From the NCBI RefSeq assembly GCF_964204645.1, contig NC_134025.1, positions 5,580,001 through 5,644,000 of the forward strand: a stretch of 64,000 bases of DNA, in the 5' to 3' direction. Positions 1-57,468 of the stretch are shown here, one piece after another; position 1 is the first letter of the stretch; the number at the start of each line of letters is the position of its first letter. A program made the translations under genes and the position numbers. The notes under the pieces were generated by a model that saw only the letters and a list, made by a program, of their open reading frames with translations, ran no database searches and was not told the DNA's origin. Origin of the DNA: Tubulanus polymorphus. Its lineage: Eukaryota; Animalia; Nemertea.

Positions 1-1169
1 CCCTAGTTTTGAAACTGAACCGCGAATGATATGTACTTCTTACTATTCTCTGGAAATAGATCCAGTAAAGGATTTTGAAGGAACTTTATTATGAAGGGGA
101 CCTTACAAGAAAAATGATTGCCGACAGATGATATTTTCGTAGAATAATTCTCACTGATTTCAGCAAGTCTCTGTTCTTAAATATTGCTACCGTTTGAGTA
201 GGATATTATGTAAATGTAACTAAACTGACTGGTTCTGCTGGTTGAGGTTGGTAATCCTTAACTTCCGATTCTCGGATGTACTACGAATGCAGTTTCATGC
301 TTGAATGTTTATAAGTAAACAGACTGATGTTCAATACGCAGGTCCAAATGACACAACAGCTGTCTTTCACTCTTAGTTTCGGATATTCATTATTTCTATT
401 CGCCGAGTACGTTATAGTCTATTAGTTCCCAGGGTTTACCAGAATCTTCCGGGTGTATAAGTCATAAATGTTCGCGATGATATACAATATTGAATAAAAC
501 TTGAGAATTTCATTTTTTTTCTCATCCAAGAATATTCTTAGACAGCGGATGTATGTTGGTTTTTCTTACTAAACAGAAGATGCCGATGGGTTTTATTTTA
601 CGCAACTGCGCACTCTTCATTACGGGTGTGATCTTTCTCCTTTAAAGAAATCCCATGCAGACACCGATCATGTATTCAGCGTAGGTAAACTCATTGTCGA
701 ATTTTGAACCAGATCCGTATTTGCCTGAACTGCGGTGTCTAGGGACTGTAATTTTGTATATATTACTTGAAATCAAAAAACCTAATCTGGAAAAAAATGT
801 TTGAAAAACGAATCTGACTCATTTTATTTTGAAAGAAAAAATTGGGATGCGTCTCTAAGATTTATGTCTCAAATTACATCACAATTGTGCACAATGATAT
901 GTCGCAACTCCTGTCTTGTATACAGATGAACATATTACGAGAAAGTCCTCAGTATATTTATCATCCCAATTAATTGAAATGCTTGACTCAAATTATTCAA
1001 AAAAATACAGAAAAGTGCAGAAAAGTGACTTAAAGCTTCTTAGCTATATGAAGAGCTCGCGATTGATTTTGTATTTCTTTGCTAAGCGCGTACCCGTGGA
1101 GTTTACTTAGCAAAAAACTGTTTATCCTGCTGAATCTAACCCTCGCCGAACTGCCACTGATTGACACGC

Positions 1170-1503
1170 TACGGACAGAAACAGTACTGGTTTTTCACAC
1201 ACATTCGCGCGCGCACACACACGAGTTTCCACTACGAAAAATCGTTTCCAGCTTGTGTCTACTCGGGCAAATCGTTTCTTGTTGTTGGTTTGGTATTTCT
1301 TTTACAATGCGTCTGACTCCGAACCAGACTGCTGAAAGAAGCAAATTGAGGGATAATTGCTAGCTGGAAGGGGCTCATTTACACCTTCGGTACCTGGAGC
1401 TGCAATCGCTTAACTTCCAGACAAAATATTGAACGATTATTCATTTGAAAAGCCTGAATGTGTATTTACTATGGAGACTTCAATTTTCTATTTTTGGAAT
1501 TAA
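1170..1503 (+). promoter_or_regulatory. Possible ROS1 promoter / non-coding first exon
   Basis: Locally CpG-richer segment with cgcgcgcgcacacacac (1206-1222), UTR-like sequence, and donor-like AA|gtacgt at 1504. Indirect only. Confidence 0.2.
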
Positions 1504-4500
1504 GTACGTTCAAAATCGTTGAATATGCAGTTAAACTATCATTCTTTGCTCTTTGCCATTCTTAATTCAATTCGGTATTGGTATTCCTTTTTATTCATGA
1601 TGAATATCAATCAATTCCTGATGCAAACTTGTACATTTTGAGACTATTATGCAGATACTTTGTAGCTTCGTAGCATAACTAGGATTTGCTTGAAGTTCTC
1701 AACAAGCTATGACCTCGGGGGCTCTCCAGGTACCACATCCACCACGATGTATATCTTATATCTTCACAAGTACTTTCAGTAGCAGGTAAAATCAACCACC
1801 AATCTGAGTGTTGAAGTTCAAGAATAGTGTATCGCACGGGTGAGCCACTTCCGTTCTGTTGGGCCTTCATCCTGGCAGTTGATCATCATGCTGGGAACAA
1901 CTTCCAAGAACTGTTTAGTAATTTTTCTCTCGGCGAAGACTGAAAACAATGTTTTTCGCTCTCGCATACGCCGGCACTCGAGTCATGTTCAACTGCCGAC
2001 TGATGATAATCGGTTAAATGGGCATCGGAAGATTCATCGTCCAACGTCAGTTTTACAATGAATCTGACAAACAAGCAATAGGAGTTCTTACTCTCATGAG
2101 ACTGACCTGGCAATCCACCAGAAAATCCTGATGTACCTATTTCATAAGTACTGCAATACCGAGAAGTTTATCTGTCGCGTTTATTCGAGCGAATTCTTTC
2201 AACTGGGACCGAGTCGTCAAAGCGGGACAGACCAAGGGCTAATTCAGCGACACCCAGAAATTGAGCTGGATTTGCCCTTAGTCTTAAATGGATTTTCTTA
2301 ATAGTTTCCGGCTAGAATCTTCCTTAGAACGTATTCGCGGCGAGCTCATTAAATTTGAGTGAAACATTACAGTAAAACAAGTTAAATGCGTTTTACCCTT
2401 CGGGGTGAAGTTGGTAGTCATTTACTTTGATTAAAAGCTAAGTTGTCACAAAATCAGCGCAATTTCTCCGTTTGAATTATTTGGTTTGAGTTGTTGCAAA
2501 AATGAGAATTGCTCGTTCTATGTCAGCTTCGTCATCACATTTTGCTCTGATTCATTTTACGGATTCTGTTTTTCTATACGCACCGTGACAAAGCCAATTA
2601 TGTAAACGAATTTGTCAGAAGTGAACTCGGAGTAGGTGTGAACACGAAAATATCAACAAAAATATTAATTATTTATGGCCACCATCCGTGTTTTCAGCGC
2701 TAAATTTGACAGGACACTTTTGGCAAGGCTATTTAGGTTTTCTCATGAAACTTAACTACAAAAATGCCACAAGGCAAAAAAGTAAAACGAACAATGTTGA
2801 GTGATGGTGTTTATCCGTTTTTCTCGGAAAATAATATCTCGTTATAGAATATAATTATCTATTTGTTCTTCAAGTAGGCCTATAGAGGAGATTACGCGTA
2901 TTTCATGGTTGATTTGTTCAACAGAGGTTATTAGTTAGTACATTGGCCCCCATCCCAGATACCCAGCTAACAGCTGACTGGACGGCTCCCTGTACTATTG
3001 GAAATATCATCATTACCATTAACATATGATGGCTTTAAATAACCTAATGTGATTCATTATCGACAAATCTAAGCAGTTTAATTACCGTTCAATTTGGCCA
3101 ATTGGCTCAATCATCTGATCTAGGAAGATGCGTTTCAAATGCAAATCGCGGAGATTTTACTGGCCATGGGGTTAAATGATAAAACTTCCAATAAAAAAGT
3201 AAAATCGAACTGTGTGTAGGAGTTAGGGGTGTGTTATAGGGGTTACAAAATTTCCATATCTATATTGGATATAAGTTATTTGTTTAGATTCAATTACTTT
3301 GTGGGAAATATGTCTGTAAGTGAAGCAATGTCGAGTCTCCATTTTTAGTCTTGGACAGAAGCTTACTTGACGAGTAAGTTGCGTGAAATAAAAGCATTTA
3401 AAACAGTCACGTTTACACAAACCGCATTCTTATTATCGTGCGGCAGCATTTTTTGTAAATACGGCGGTGGCATGTCTTGGTGGGATTGCAGGGTCGAGCC
3501 TGTCTGTCAACAGGATACTTTCTAATTGATCCATGCTTGATTTGGGGGCCATGATGGATTAGTACAGTTGATTGAAACTGGTCGAGATCGATAAGAGATC
3601 TGCCAGCTCGGCGCAGTGTGAACTTGGACATGACTAATTGGTCCAGTGGACGACAAGTTACAACAGCGTCCTTATAAAGCAAATGTTACGCATCTTCTTC
3701 GCGCTGGCTGCTGTAGCACTTTGTCTAGATCGGACGAGATTGGATGCATCGGCGGCGTCACTGATAGTCATAAATTATAGGCCCATAAATAAGTGCCAGG
3801 AAAGGTTACGAAGTCTTGTAAACGCAGGTCGTTGTCGTAAAATCGCGTAATGTTAACTGTGAAAATAGAACAGCGCAGACGTGGCTGTATAACGAGCTTT
3901 ACGTGATAATTCAAATTCCATCAAAACATTATCATTCTAGACTTTTATGATTTCTAACATTATTGCGACCTTATATAAGCATTTCTCTAAAAAAAGTAGT
4001 CGTATATCTTTTTATCAACTGTATGATATACGATATTGCCGGGAGTATACGCTAGTGTGCATATTCCCCGGTCCAATCAGATGATTATTGAAATTGACGA
4101 CTCGGTGTCATTTAAAGTTAGGAATATCAGAAGTGCATTCTGTCTATTTTTCCTATCGTATCCGTTTATATCGTGGCGAAACATATCTGAATAGGTAACC
4201 AATCTAATATCTACCACGTGAAATCGGGTTAGATAATCAGTTGCACATTTCAACACGCTCATTTTCTGCTCATCTCACGGATAAGATGAAGATAAAGTTA
4301 AACACTACTATTGCTGTACTAGCCCGGCTTCCTCTTTCTACGTCTTCAACTCTTCCTCTACTTGTTCATGGTGTGGTGGAGCCAGGTATCGTGTTCTCTA
4401 CCGGTACTAACGTGTAATTCACCGGTGAAATCCGATAGTTCACGTGTATAAACTACGCGCACCTACAGATAGAAGCTGGCGAAAGGGGTTTGAGAATTTC

Positions 4501-4737
4501 GTGCATTCGAGAAATACAAAATATCAATTTTCGAGAAGTTGTCCCACGTATGTCGCTTAATAAAAAAAAACTTTCCTTTTTAGTCGCATGACGATGGTGT
4601 CAAGCTCTGTCAGCCAAATTCCTAAAAAGCACTTTCTCTTTGCAGGAATGATGGAAGCATCAATTTCTTTTCGGTTTACTATAGGTTTTCAACGAAAATG
4701 AAGTACATGCTGATTTATTGTAACGAAGTCAACTTAA

Positions 4738-4843
4738 ATGAATAATCGTGAACTTTTTTAAAAGTATTTTCATAACGGGAGTAAGTTTGTTTGTAATTGT
4801 TATTGTGCCTCATGTAAATGGTGTTTGTTTAAAACGTTGCCTT
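4738..4843 (+). CDS. Candidate ROS1 signal-peptide segment (frame-disrupted or non-AUG start)
   Basis: Frame from 4748 reads VNFFKSIFITGVSLFVIVIVPHVNGVCLKRCL (hydrophobic core + CxxxC as in human SCLKSC), possible phase-0 donor gtttgt at 4844 giving an 83-nt intron; ATG 4738 is one base out of frame. A competing strong donor at 4781 weakens the call. Confidence 0.3.
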
Positions 4844-4926
4844 GTTTGTGTAAATGACTCGTCCATACGTACATGTATATATCATTGTTAATCATCGAGG
4901 CATTTTCTGTTTTTCTGAAATTTCAG

Positions 4927-51069
<46,143 letters not shown>

Positions 51070-54000
51070 CATTTTTCTCATATATTCCCAGTTGTGATGC
51101 TCATTGTTTTTGTTGATTTCAGGCATATTGTTGATTGTTGTCTGAACACATATTTTATACTGGTCTCAGCCGCTGGTTGTCTGTTTTACGATTCAGACAG
51201 ACAGTCGGGAGTTAAGATCAGAACGTTGTTATAGTGTGCATGTCAAAATTATTCGATGGTGTATTGAAACACACAACAAGGTTTCAGATTGATCTAATCT
51301 GGTGGCTTAGTCGAGATGTGCAGTGTGAAAATAAAGCAACTCGATAACACAATGAAATGGAGTATTCGTTGCTTTTTACTTTGAAATTCTGACAATTGGA
51401 TGCTATAAATCCTAAATATCCAATAAAAAAGTTTGAAAAAAAGCTTGTGAATGTCATACAGCAAAACATATTTGATAAATCGTTCCATGAGCTTCATATT
51501 CTTGGTCATGAGTAAACTGAAAAGCATTCTGTAACATCTTCGTTTTATATTATTGAAACTAATCGTAACAATCAATCTTTGCATCAATTTCATGAATACG
51601 TATATTGTCCTTGGTTTTCTATGTAATTTTTTGTACTCGGTGAACGCGACAACAAATTTCGGGACGAAGCTTTCCAAAATTAGCTGAGAGCAGCTCCCAC
51701 GCACAATAGGACCATTTCATTGTACTGCTGAATTCACGTAAGGCAACTTTTCAAAAAAGACCGAAGTACCGCTTGCATATTATGATGTATTCAGTGTCAC
51801 TGTAATTGATTGTTTTTATCGTCAATTTGCCTTAATGATGCATGGCAGCGTATTGAAAAAATGTGTCTGGATGGGTTGATCTTCAATTTCAGTTCAAGTT
51901 CAGTAACGTATAGTTGATCAATTGTAGGTGATCTCATTCGGTGAACCCTATAGTGTGATACGTGTATATGGGCATATTGGCTTAGAATTGATAGCTACTC
52001 GTTTTTGTTCGGTTCTTTCATTCTTTAAAAGATAATCCAAATTTTAAACTTAGCATAAGAGTACTACTATTGTATATTTCTTCTTACGATTGTTAAAATA
52101 TTGATAAGTTTTTTGTTTCGAATTTAGCGCATGCATACTGCTTTTTAAGTGTTGAATAATAAAGAAAATGTAATGAGAGAATATGATAAATGAATTTCCT
52201 TCCAAATCATATAATATAATATGTCTTTTTATCTGGATGTATACTGATCTAATCTTACGAAAGTCGAGCGTAAATTGTGTAAAATAGAGAAAATTTGTAA
52301 GTATAAATCCCATCCAGAAATTTTCATTCAGAAATTATGTTGTTCGAATGGAGGCATATGTGCATGTCAAAATTTAGATCGTGATATGTTAGTGAATATG
52401 GGTGTATTGCTTTAGAAAGGAGAGGCCAGTAATTAAGACGCTGTACACAATTTATGTTGTCTTTTTGGTGAAATCGTCAATGTATCATTGTATTTGCATA
52501 AAGGATACTTTGGTTGTAGGTGAAATTTGAGGATCACCATGGTGAATTCGATTTCAATGAGAAAAAAATTAAAGACATTAACATTTATATCATTGTTACT
52601 ATATGATATGAAACTGCAGAGCATAAAGATAAATTTGAAACAAAAACTTGTTAAAAAATCCATTCAATTGCGCTAACTTGTTGAGAAGGCCCACGCTGTA
52701 GAAATAAATCTGATTACCGTTGATAAATCTACTGATTTGGATAGAATTTCTGCTCTTTCCTTTTGGCGTTAATAGAAACACTCATTGAATGAAAAGTTAT
52801 TAGTGATTAAGGCAATCAAACTCCAATCGAAAATGTGATGTGACAAACTGTCTCGAAAGAGGAAACACATAGTTTCTTCAGCTTGTAAGAAATTATTGGT
52901 CATCGGTGATAATTGTACATAAAGCCTCTTAATTAACAAGCTGTATAAAACCTGTGTCTAGTAATGATATTAATGAAGATAATAAATTGTCGTATAGTTT
53001 GTATATCGGTGGTGTGAACACGAATGTTTCGTCGCTACGAACAGGGATTTCTAAGCTCCCAATCTCCCAGTTACAAAGTAATCGATGATGAATATAGTCA
53101 AAAGTGTAAATGTACTATATAAATTGTATAATTATTATAAGGTGTATACATTTTCCTATCTATAGTACATATTATATAACATAATATATACACGTATATA
53201 CATGTGCATCTGCGCGCATCGTATAATATTGTAATATATATTTTATTGTGTATTGGGTCTATCGGGTACTGTATAATCAAAATATTGAGAAAGTGGCATA
53301 GAATGAAAAATGACAAGGTAAACTAAGTGGGAAGTCATTGTTTTTTCTGTTGCTGGTTACGAAGTGAACAGTTGTATTGTATTGTTTTCTTATTTCGATA
53401 ATATATCATTTGTTTATGTGATTATCTGCTCAAAAACAGGTAATTATGAAGCTTGTTTGGACGCGAGCGTCCCTCACCAACGGGCTTGATAATTATCTGT
53501 ACACAATCAGCATGACCTGATATTGTGGACCAGTATTTGGCATTGATGACTCACCACAATAGATCCATAACTAAGAACTCAAAATGTAAAGTACTACAAA
53601 AAAAACAGCAACGGCGAATGCTGTGCCTTTAAAGGGTTATGTTACATTTTGGTATTCTATGTTATTTTTGGTTTTGTATGGATTATATATACGTAGTTCG
53701 TTGTGTAATGATTTTTGCTCAATTGCAGCGCCGGGATGTACATTTTTTTGCATAAACGGTAGCTGTAAGATTATTACTTATTTTGTTTAGATATTACTCA
53801 TTATATTGTGTACATGTGTGTATATTTTAAGGGTATATATATATTTGTGGTGGAATTCGTTATGCCCTTTTAGTGCTGCTGTCAGTTTGAAAACAAATCA
53901 GATATAGATTGGAACAAATTGGCTCATGGTTATAAACCTACTCCTGTATTGTTACGATTACTGAAAGAGACAGGTCCTGGTTCAAAAGTCATGTGTGCAA

Positions 54001-55670
54001 CAATTGGCGTTAGTCCTTTTAGACAATCACGTATAAATTGATTTGCCATCAATACCTGGGACGATAGTTCCAGTAATCAAACAAGGTTTGTTTTCTTTCA
54101 ACTGAAAAATTGTATTTTTTCCACGGATTCTGAGCTTTTGCTTGTTTATTCAGACAAACCTTTCATCCCTCATCGTTCCACAGTTGGCTCAACTAACACC
54201 CAGTTCAGTGAATTTTTACAGTATCCTGTGTTGCAAATATCTTCACACATCATCAAATGAAATATTGTATCGTCACCAGCACTAAAAGGGATTACTATCT
54301 TTTTGTAGTCAATTTTTATACATTTTGTTAAAATTTACTTTATGTACCTGAATTAATACTCAATATTCTGCCAACGATTTGTTTTATGCTCAGTAGTCGG
54401 GAAGCTAATTTGAATGCCTTTTACTTCGCTATAGTCAGTATTATCAGCCACATCCAACTTGCGGCTTGATTTAACTCTCTGAAATGACTTCAGACCTCTG
54501 TCTTCTTGAATTATGAGAAATTTGACAACTCTTGACGTGATTTTTCTCTGTATAAAATCTAAAATACTGTGTACAAGTATAACGTCTTTCGAATAACTAT
54601 AATTCTGTAAATTCTGCCTTTCTTCAGCGTAATTGTCTTCGATCATGTTACTCTAAATAGGTAAAATATAATAGATTATCGGTGGGCTTTGCATTATATC
54701 TGCAAGTAAATAACACTGCGTATCTTTTGCTTAAACAACGCTCATATCTGAAACACCTATTATACTTATTTGAACCCTGCAATGCCGATTCTTTTTTTTT
54801 CTGAAAAAAAGGAAAGAAACTTTTTATGGCCGTAGTCTAAAGCAAATGGTGCTTTTGTATTGCATTTATAATGTGTGTAGAATTGGGTTTTCAAAGCCAA
54901 CTGCTGCATTTTACATCACTGCCAAAACTGGTGTGCTGTACATGTACATAATTTATCAGAATACGTGTGTGCGTACGTATTGGTGACTATTCTCTTTTCA
55001 AGGACGCTTCAGGCCCTACACTGCATCCATTGTGATTTAGATCTTCACCGCGTGTGTACCGACGTCAGGCACAAATGTGTAATCAGACGAATGATTAGTA
55101 TAAAAAGGGGCTTACTCCGGGACTTAACAAAACTGGATGATTTGGCATTCGAAAGGTATTTGATTACCAAACTGAATCAGTCAGTTTTATCCGGACGGGC
55201 CTCCAGCCACTAACACCACTCCACTGAACCATGGACTCTAAAACGAACATGACTGAACCAAAACAGGAATATTGTCATCAGAGAATGTAAAACCTTACAC
55301 TTTGCGAAAATAGGACGTAAAACTTCTACGTCTTTATCGACACTCAAATGGAGAGGATGCCTTTAGTCAACTCTGAGAAGGGTCACCAATATAGTCAATA
55401 CTTCGAATCCTCATTTGTTGATTTTTGTATCGTTGTCTTGTGGTTTTTATCCCACCTTATGTTGTACATAATATTGATATGAGTTGTATAAAATGGAAAT
55501 GAAATCATAAATTGAATTCAGTGTCAATTTTCAAGTGGTTGATTAATTTAATGTTACCGAGTCGCACTATTACTAAATAAAATTATATAGTGTCATTGTA
55601 TAGTTTTGTAAAAAGGTGCTTCGTCCACCTTTCATTCAAGCATATGAATAAAGTATATGAAAAAAGGAAT
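51070..55670 (+). other. Probable long ROS1 3' UTR
   Basis: U/GU-rich, no credible ORF, TGTACATA elements at 52914, 54943, 55463; AATAAA at 51330, 51422, 52703, 52981, 55576, 55647. True end not determinable. Confidence 0.45.
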
Positions 55671-56247
55671 ACTCGTTGTTTATTCCTCGTGGTTCAGAGC
55701 CAAAATATTCAAATATGTGATGGTTGAACAGATCTGAAGAACTTTCTATTGTGATCTATTTATTAAGTTATGCAGAGGGGGTGGTATATTTCAGTTCATC
55801 TTATTTTGATATTTATCATTCATACAAAATTTTGCCTAATTGAAAATAAATAATTGAATCTCAGTATCCGTGAAGTCTTCATAAAATGATAAATCCCACG
55901 ATTGAAATTTGACGAGAATAAATTCTATTCAAAATATACTACTACCCTTCATTAGTTACTCAAATGCTAATTAAATACCTCTGCTCCAATCGAAACATGC
56001 ACGGTAGTTTAATGGATATTTAACTATCTTAATTACAGTAACAGTGCAAGGCTCTGTTTACGTTGATGAAGATGGTAGTAATTAATCGCTATTGGAGTTG
56101 AAGCTTTTTCTGGCACACTTATACTAATTACTATGATAACAAGTCACAGTCGGTGACACGCTACGAGTGACGAAACAGTAATTAGTGACGCCCTGCCATT
56201 CACGTTGTTAACAGTTCATTAGTTACTTAATTAATTTAGATAAATTG

Positions 56248-56321
56248 CCAATCAACCGGTCAATCGATGATCAGGTGCTATATATATTCTAGATAACAAG
56301 TGTGAAATTCATCATTCAGTT
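56248..56321 (+). promoter_or_regulatory. Core promoter of the 232-aa gene (CCAAT, TATA, Inr)
   Basis: CCAAT 56248-56252, TATATATA 56279-56286, Inr-like TCATTC/TCAGTT 56312-56321 about 30-35 nt downstream of TATA, ATG at 56368 in context aagATGg. Confidence 0.6.
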
Positions 56322-56367
56322 CACAGAACTCGTATAGACAACATAGAAAATAGCCGAGCGTTTCAAG

Positions 56368-57066
56368 ATGGCGAGTAATTCTGACAAGCGAACGTTTCGA
56401 TTTCCTGGATTGAAGACTCTACGAAAGATTAAGTCGTCTTCCAAGATGAATAAAAACAGAAAAGCGGTGAAATTCGAAAGACAGAAAATCCAACCGCAGC
56501 CGTCACCAGTGTCGTGCAGTTCGGATAGCGGCAACGCGTCTATGTTTGAAAGCAGCTCCAATTCTTCGATAGAATATTCGGTACGGGACATCGAACATGA
56601 ACTGCGAAACAAAAAGTTCGACAGAATCCGCGAGAAGTTGAAGAATCTCAAGAGTAAAGACCAAGCTATGGTGCATAAAATCTTCGAATTACGGCAGAAG
56701 AATTCGCCAGTCCGCCATCACCAAAAAGTGGCACTGCCTGTAGTGAGTCCAAAGCATGTGGCAGTGCCTGTAGTGAGTCCAAAGCGTCTGTATTTGACGG
56801 TGCAGCGTCCGCGACCAATTTGTTCTTCGACGCCGATGCATCGACCGATCAGTTGCCAGATGAACGAACAGCGAAAACCCGTAAACGCAAATGCGGCTGT
56901 ACTAGGCTCTCCGATCACTGGAATGATATCTAAATTTGGAATTCGAAGACCGGCGAAGCAGCCAGCGGCCAGTCGTCCGACATCGGTACCAGTTGCCAAA
57001 CGAGGAGTCTACTACCGACCAGTAACGTATTTCGATGAACATGGACTAAAATGTACAAGGTGTTGA
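56368..57066 (+). CDS. Intronless 232-aa basic/Ser-Pro-rich protein with short coiled coil (possibly FAM167/LURAP-like motif)
   Basis: ATG in good Kozak context, GC-richer than flanks, promoter upstream and ATTAAA at 57179 downstream; helix FDRIREKLKNLKSKDQAMVHKIFELR. Confidence 0.8.
   Translation: MASNSDKRTFRFPGLKTLRKIKSSSKMNKNRKAVKFERQKIQPQPSPVSCSSDSGNASMFESSSNSSIEYSVRDIEHELRNKKFDRIREKLKNLKSKDQAMVHKIFELRQKNSPVRHHQKVALPVVSPKHVAVPVVSPKRLYLTVQRPRPICSSTPMHRPISCQMNEQRKPVNANAAVLGSPITGMISKFGIRRPAKQPAASRPTSVPVAKRGVYYRPVTYFDEHGLKCTRC
56728..56787 (+). repeat. In-frame 30-bp tandem duplication (VALPVVSPKH / VAVPVVSPKR)
   Basis: gtggcactgcctgtagtgagtccaaagcat followed by gtggcagtgcctgtagtgagtccaaagcgt (2 differences). 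Confidence 0.9.
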
Positions 57067-57166
57067 AAGATATGGGACGTCTCTCATCAGGGATATTAAT
57101 TATGCGGTGCTATGTACAAAGAACTTTCACAAACTGTGCATTATATTAATGTGACGATATGAAAAT

Positions 57167-57184
57167 TGTAAATATTTTATTAAA
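57167..57184 (+). promoter_or_regulatory. 3' UTR cluster: Pumilio element, CPE, poly(A) hexamer
   Basis: TGTAAATA 57167-57174, TTTTAT 57175-57180, ATTAAA 57179-57184, contiguous/overlapping. Confidence 0.45.
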
Positions 57185-57421
57185 AGAAAATATAACAAAA
57201 TATACACAAGATATGAAAATGAATTAAATTCTTTCGTAATTATTGTATCTCTTCTGGCGTATATATCTAGGCTTTTGGTGTTGCCGAGGTTTTATATTCT
57301 GATTTAATTACCGGCTTGTACTGGTATACAAATATTGTATCGGAGGAGCCCGCGGGATGAACCAAGTTTTTTTTCTATATTATGTTCTAGAATGAAATGC
57401 ATGGTCATATCACCTTGACTG

Positions 57422-57434
57422 GTAACATAGTAAC
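57422..57434 (+). promoter_or_regulatory. RFX X-box-like motif
   Basis: GTAACATAGTAAC fits GTNRC-N(0-3)-RGYAAC, 35 nt upstream of ATG 57469. Confidence 0.4.
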
Positions 57435-57468
57435 GGTTGTGATGTGAAAATAATTGCATAGCCGCAAA

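Noticed and set aside
580-645. MPMGFILRNCALFITGVIFLL, signal-peptide-like after an acceptor-like AG
   Set aside because: Ends in TAA with no Cys pair or usable donor.
56316-56999. Minus-strand ORFs of 111 and 93 aa
   Set aside because: Antisense shadows of the 232-aa gene, which has the promoter and poly(A) signals.
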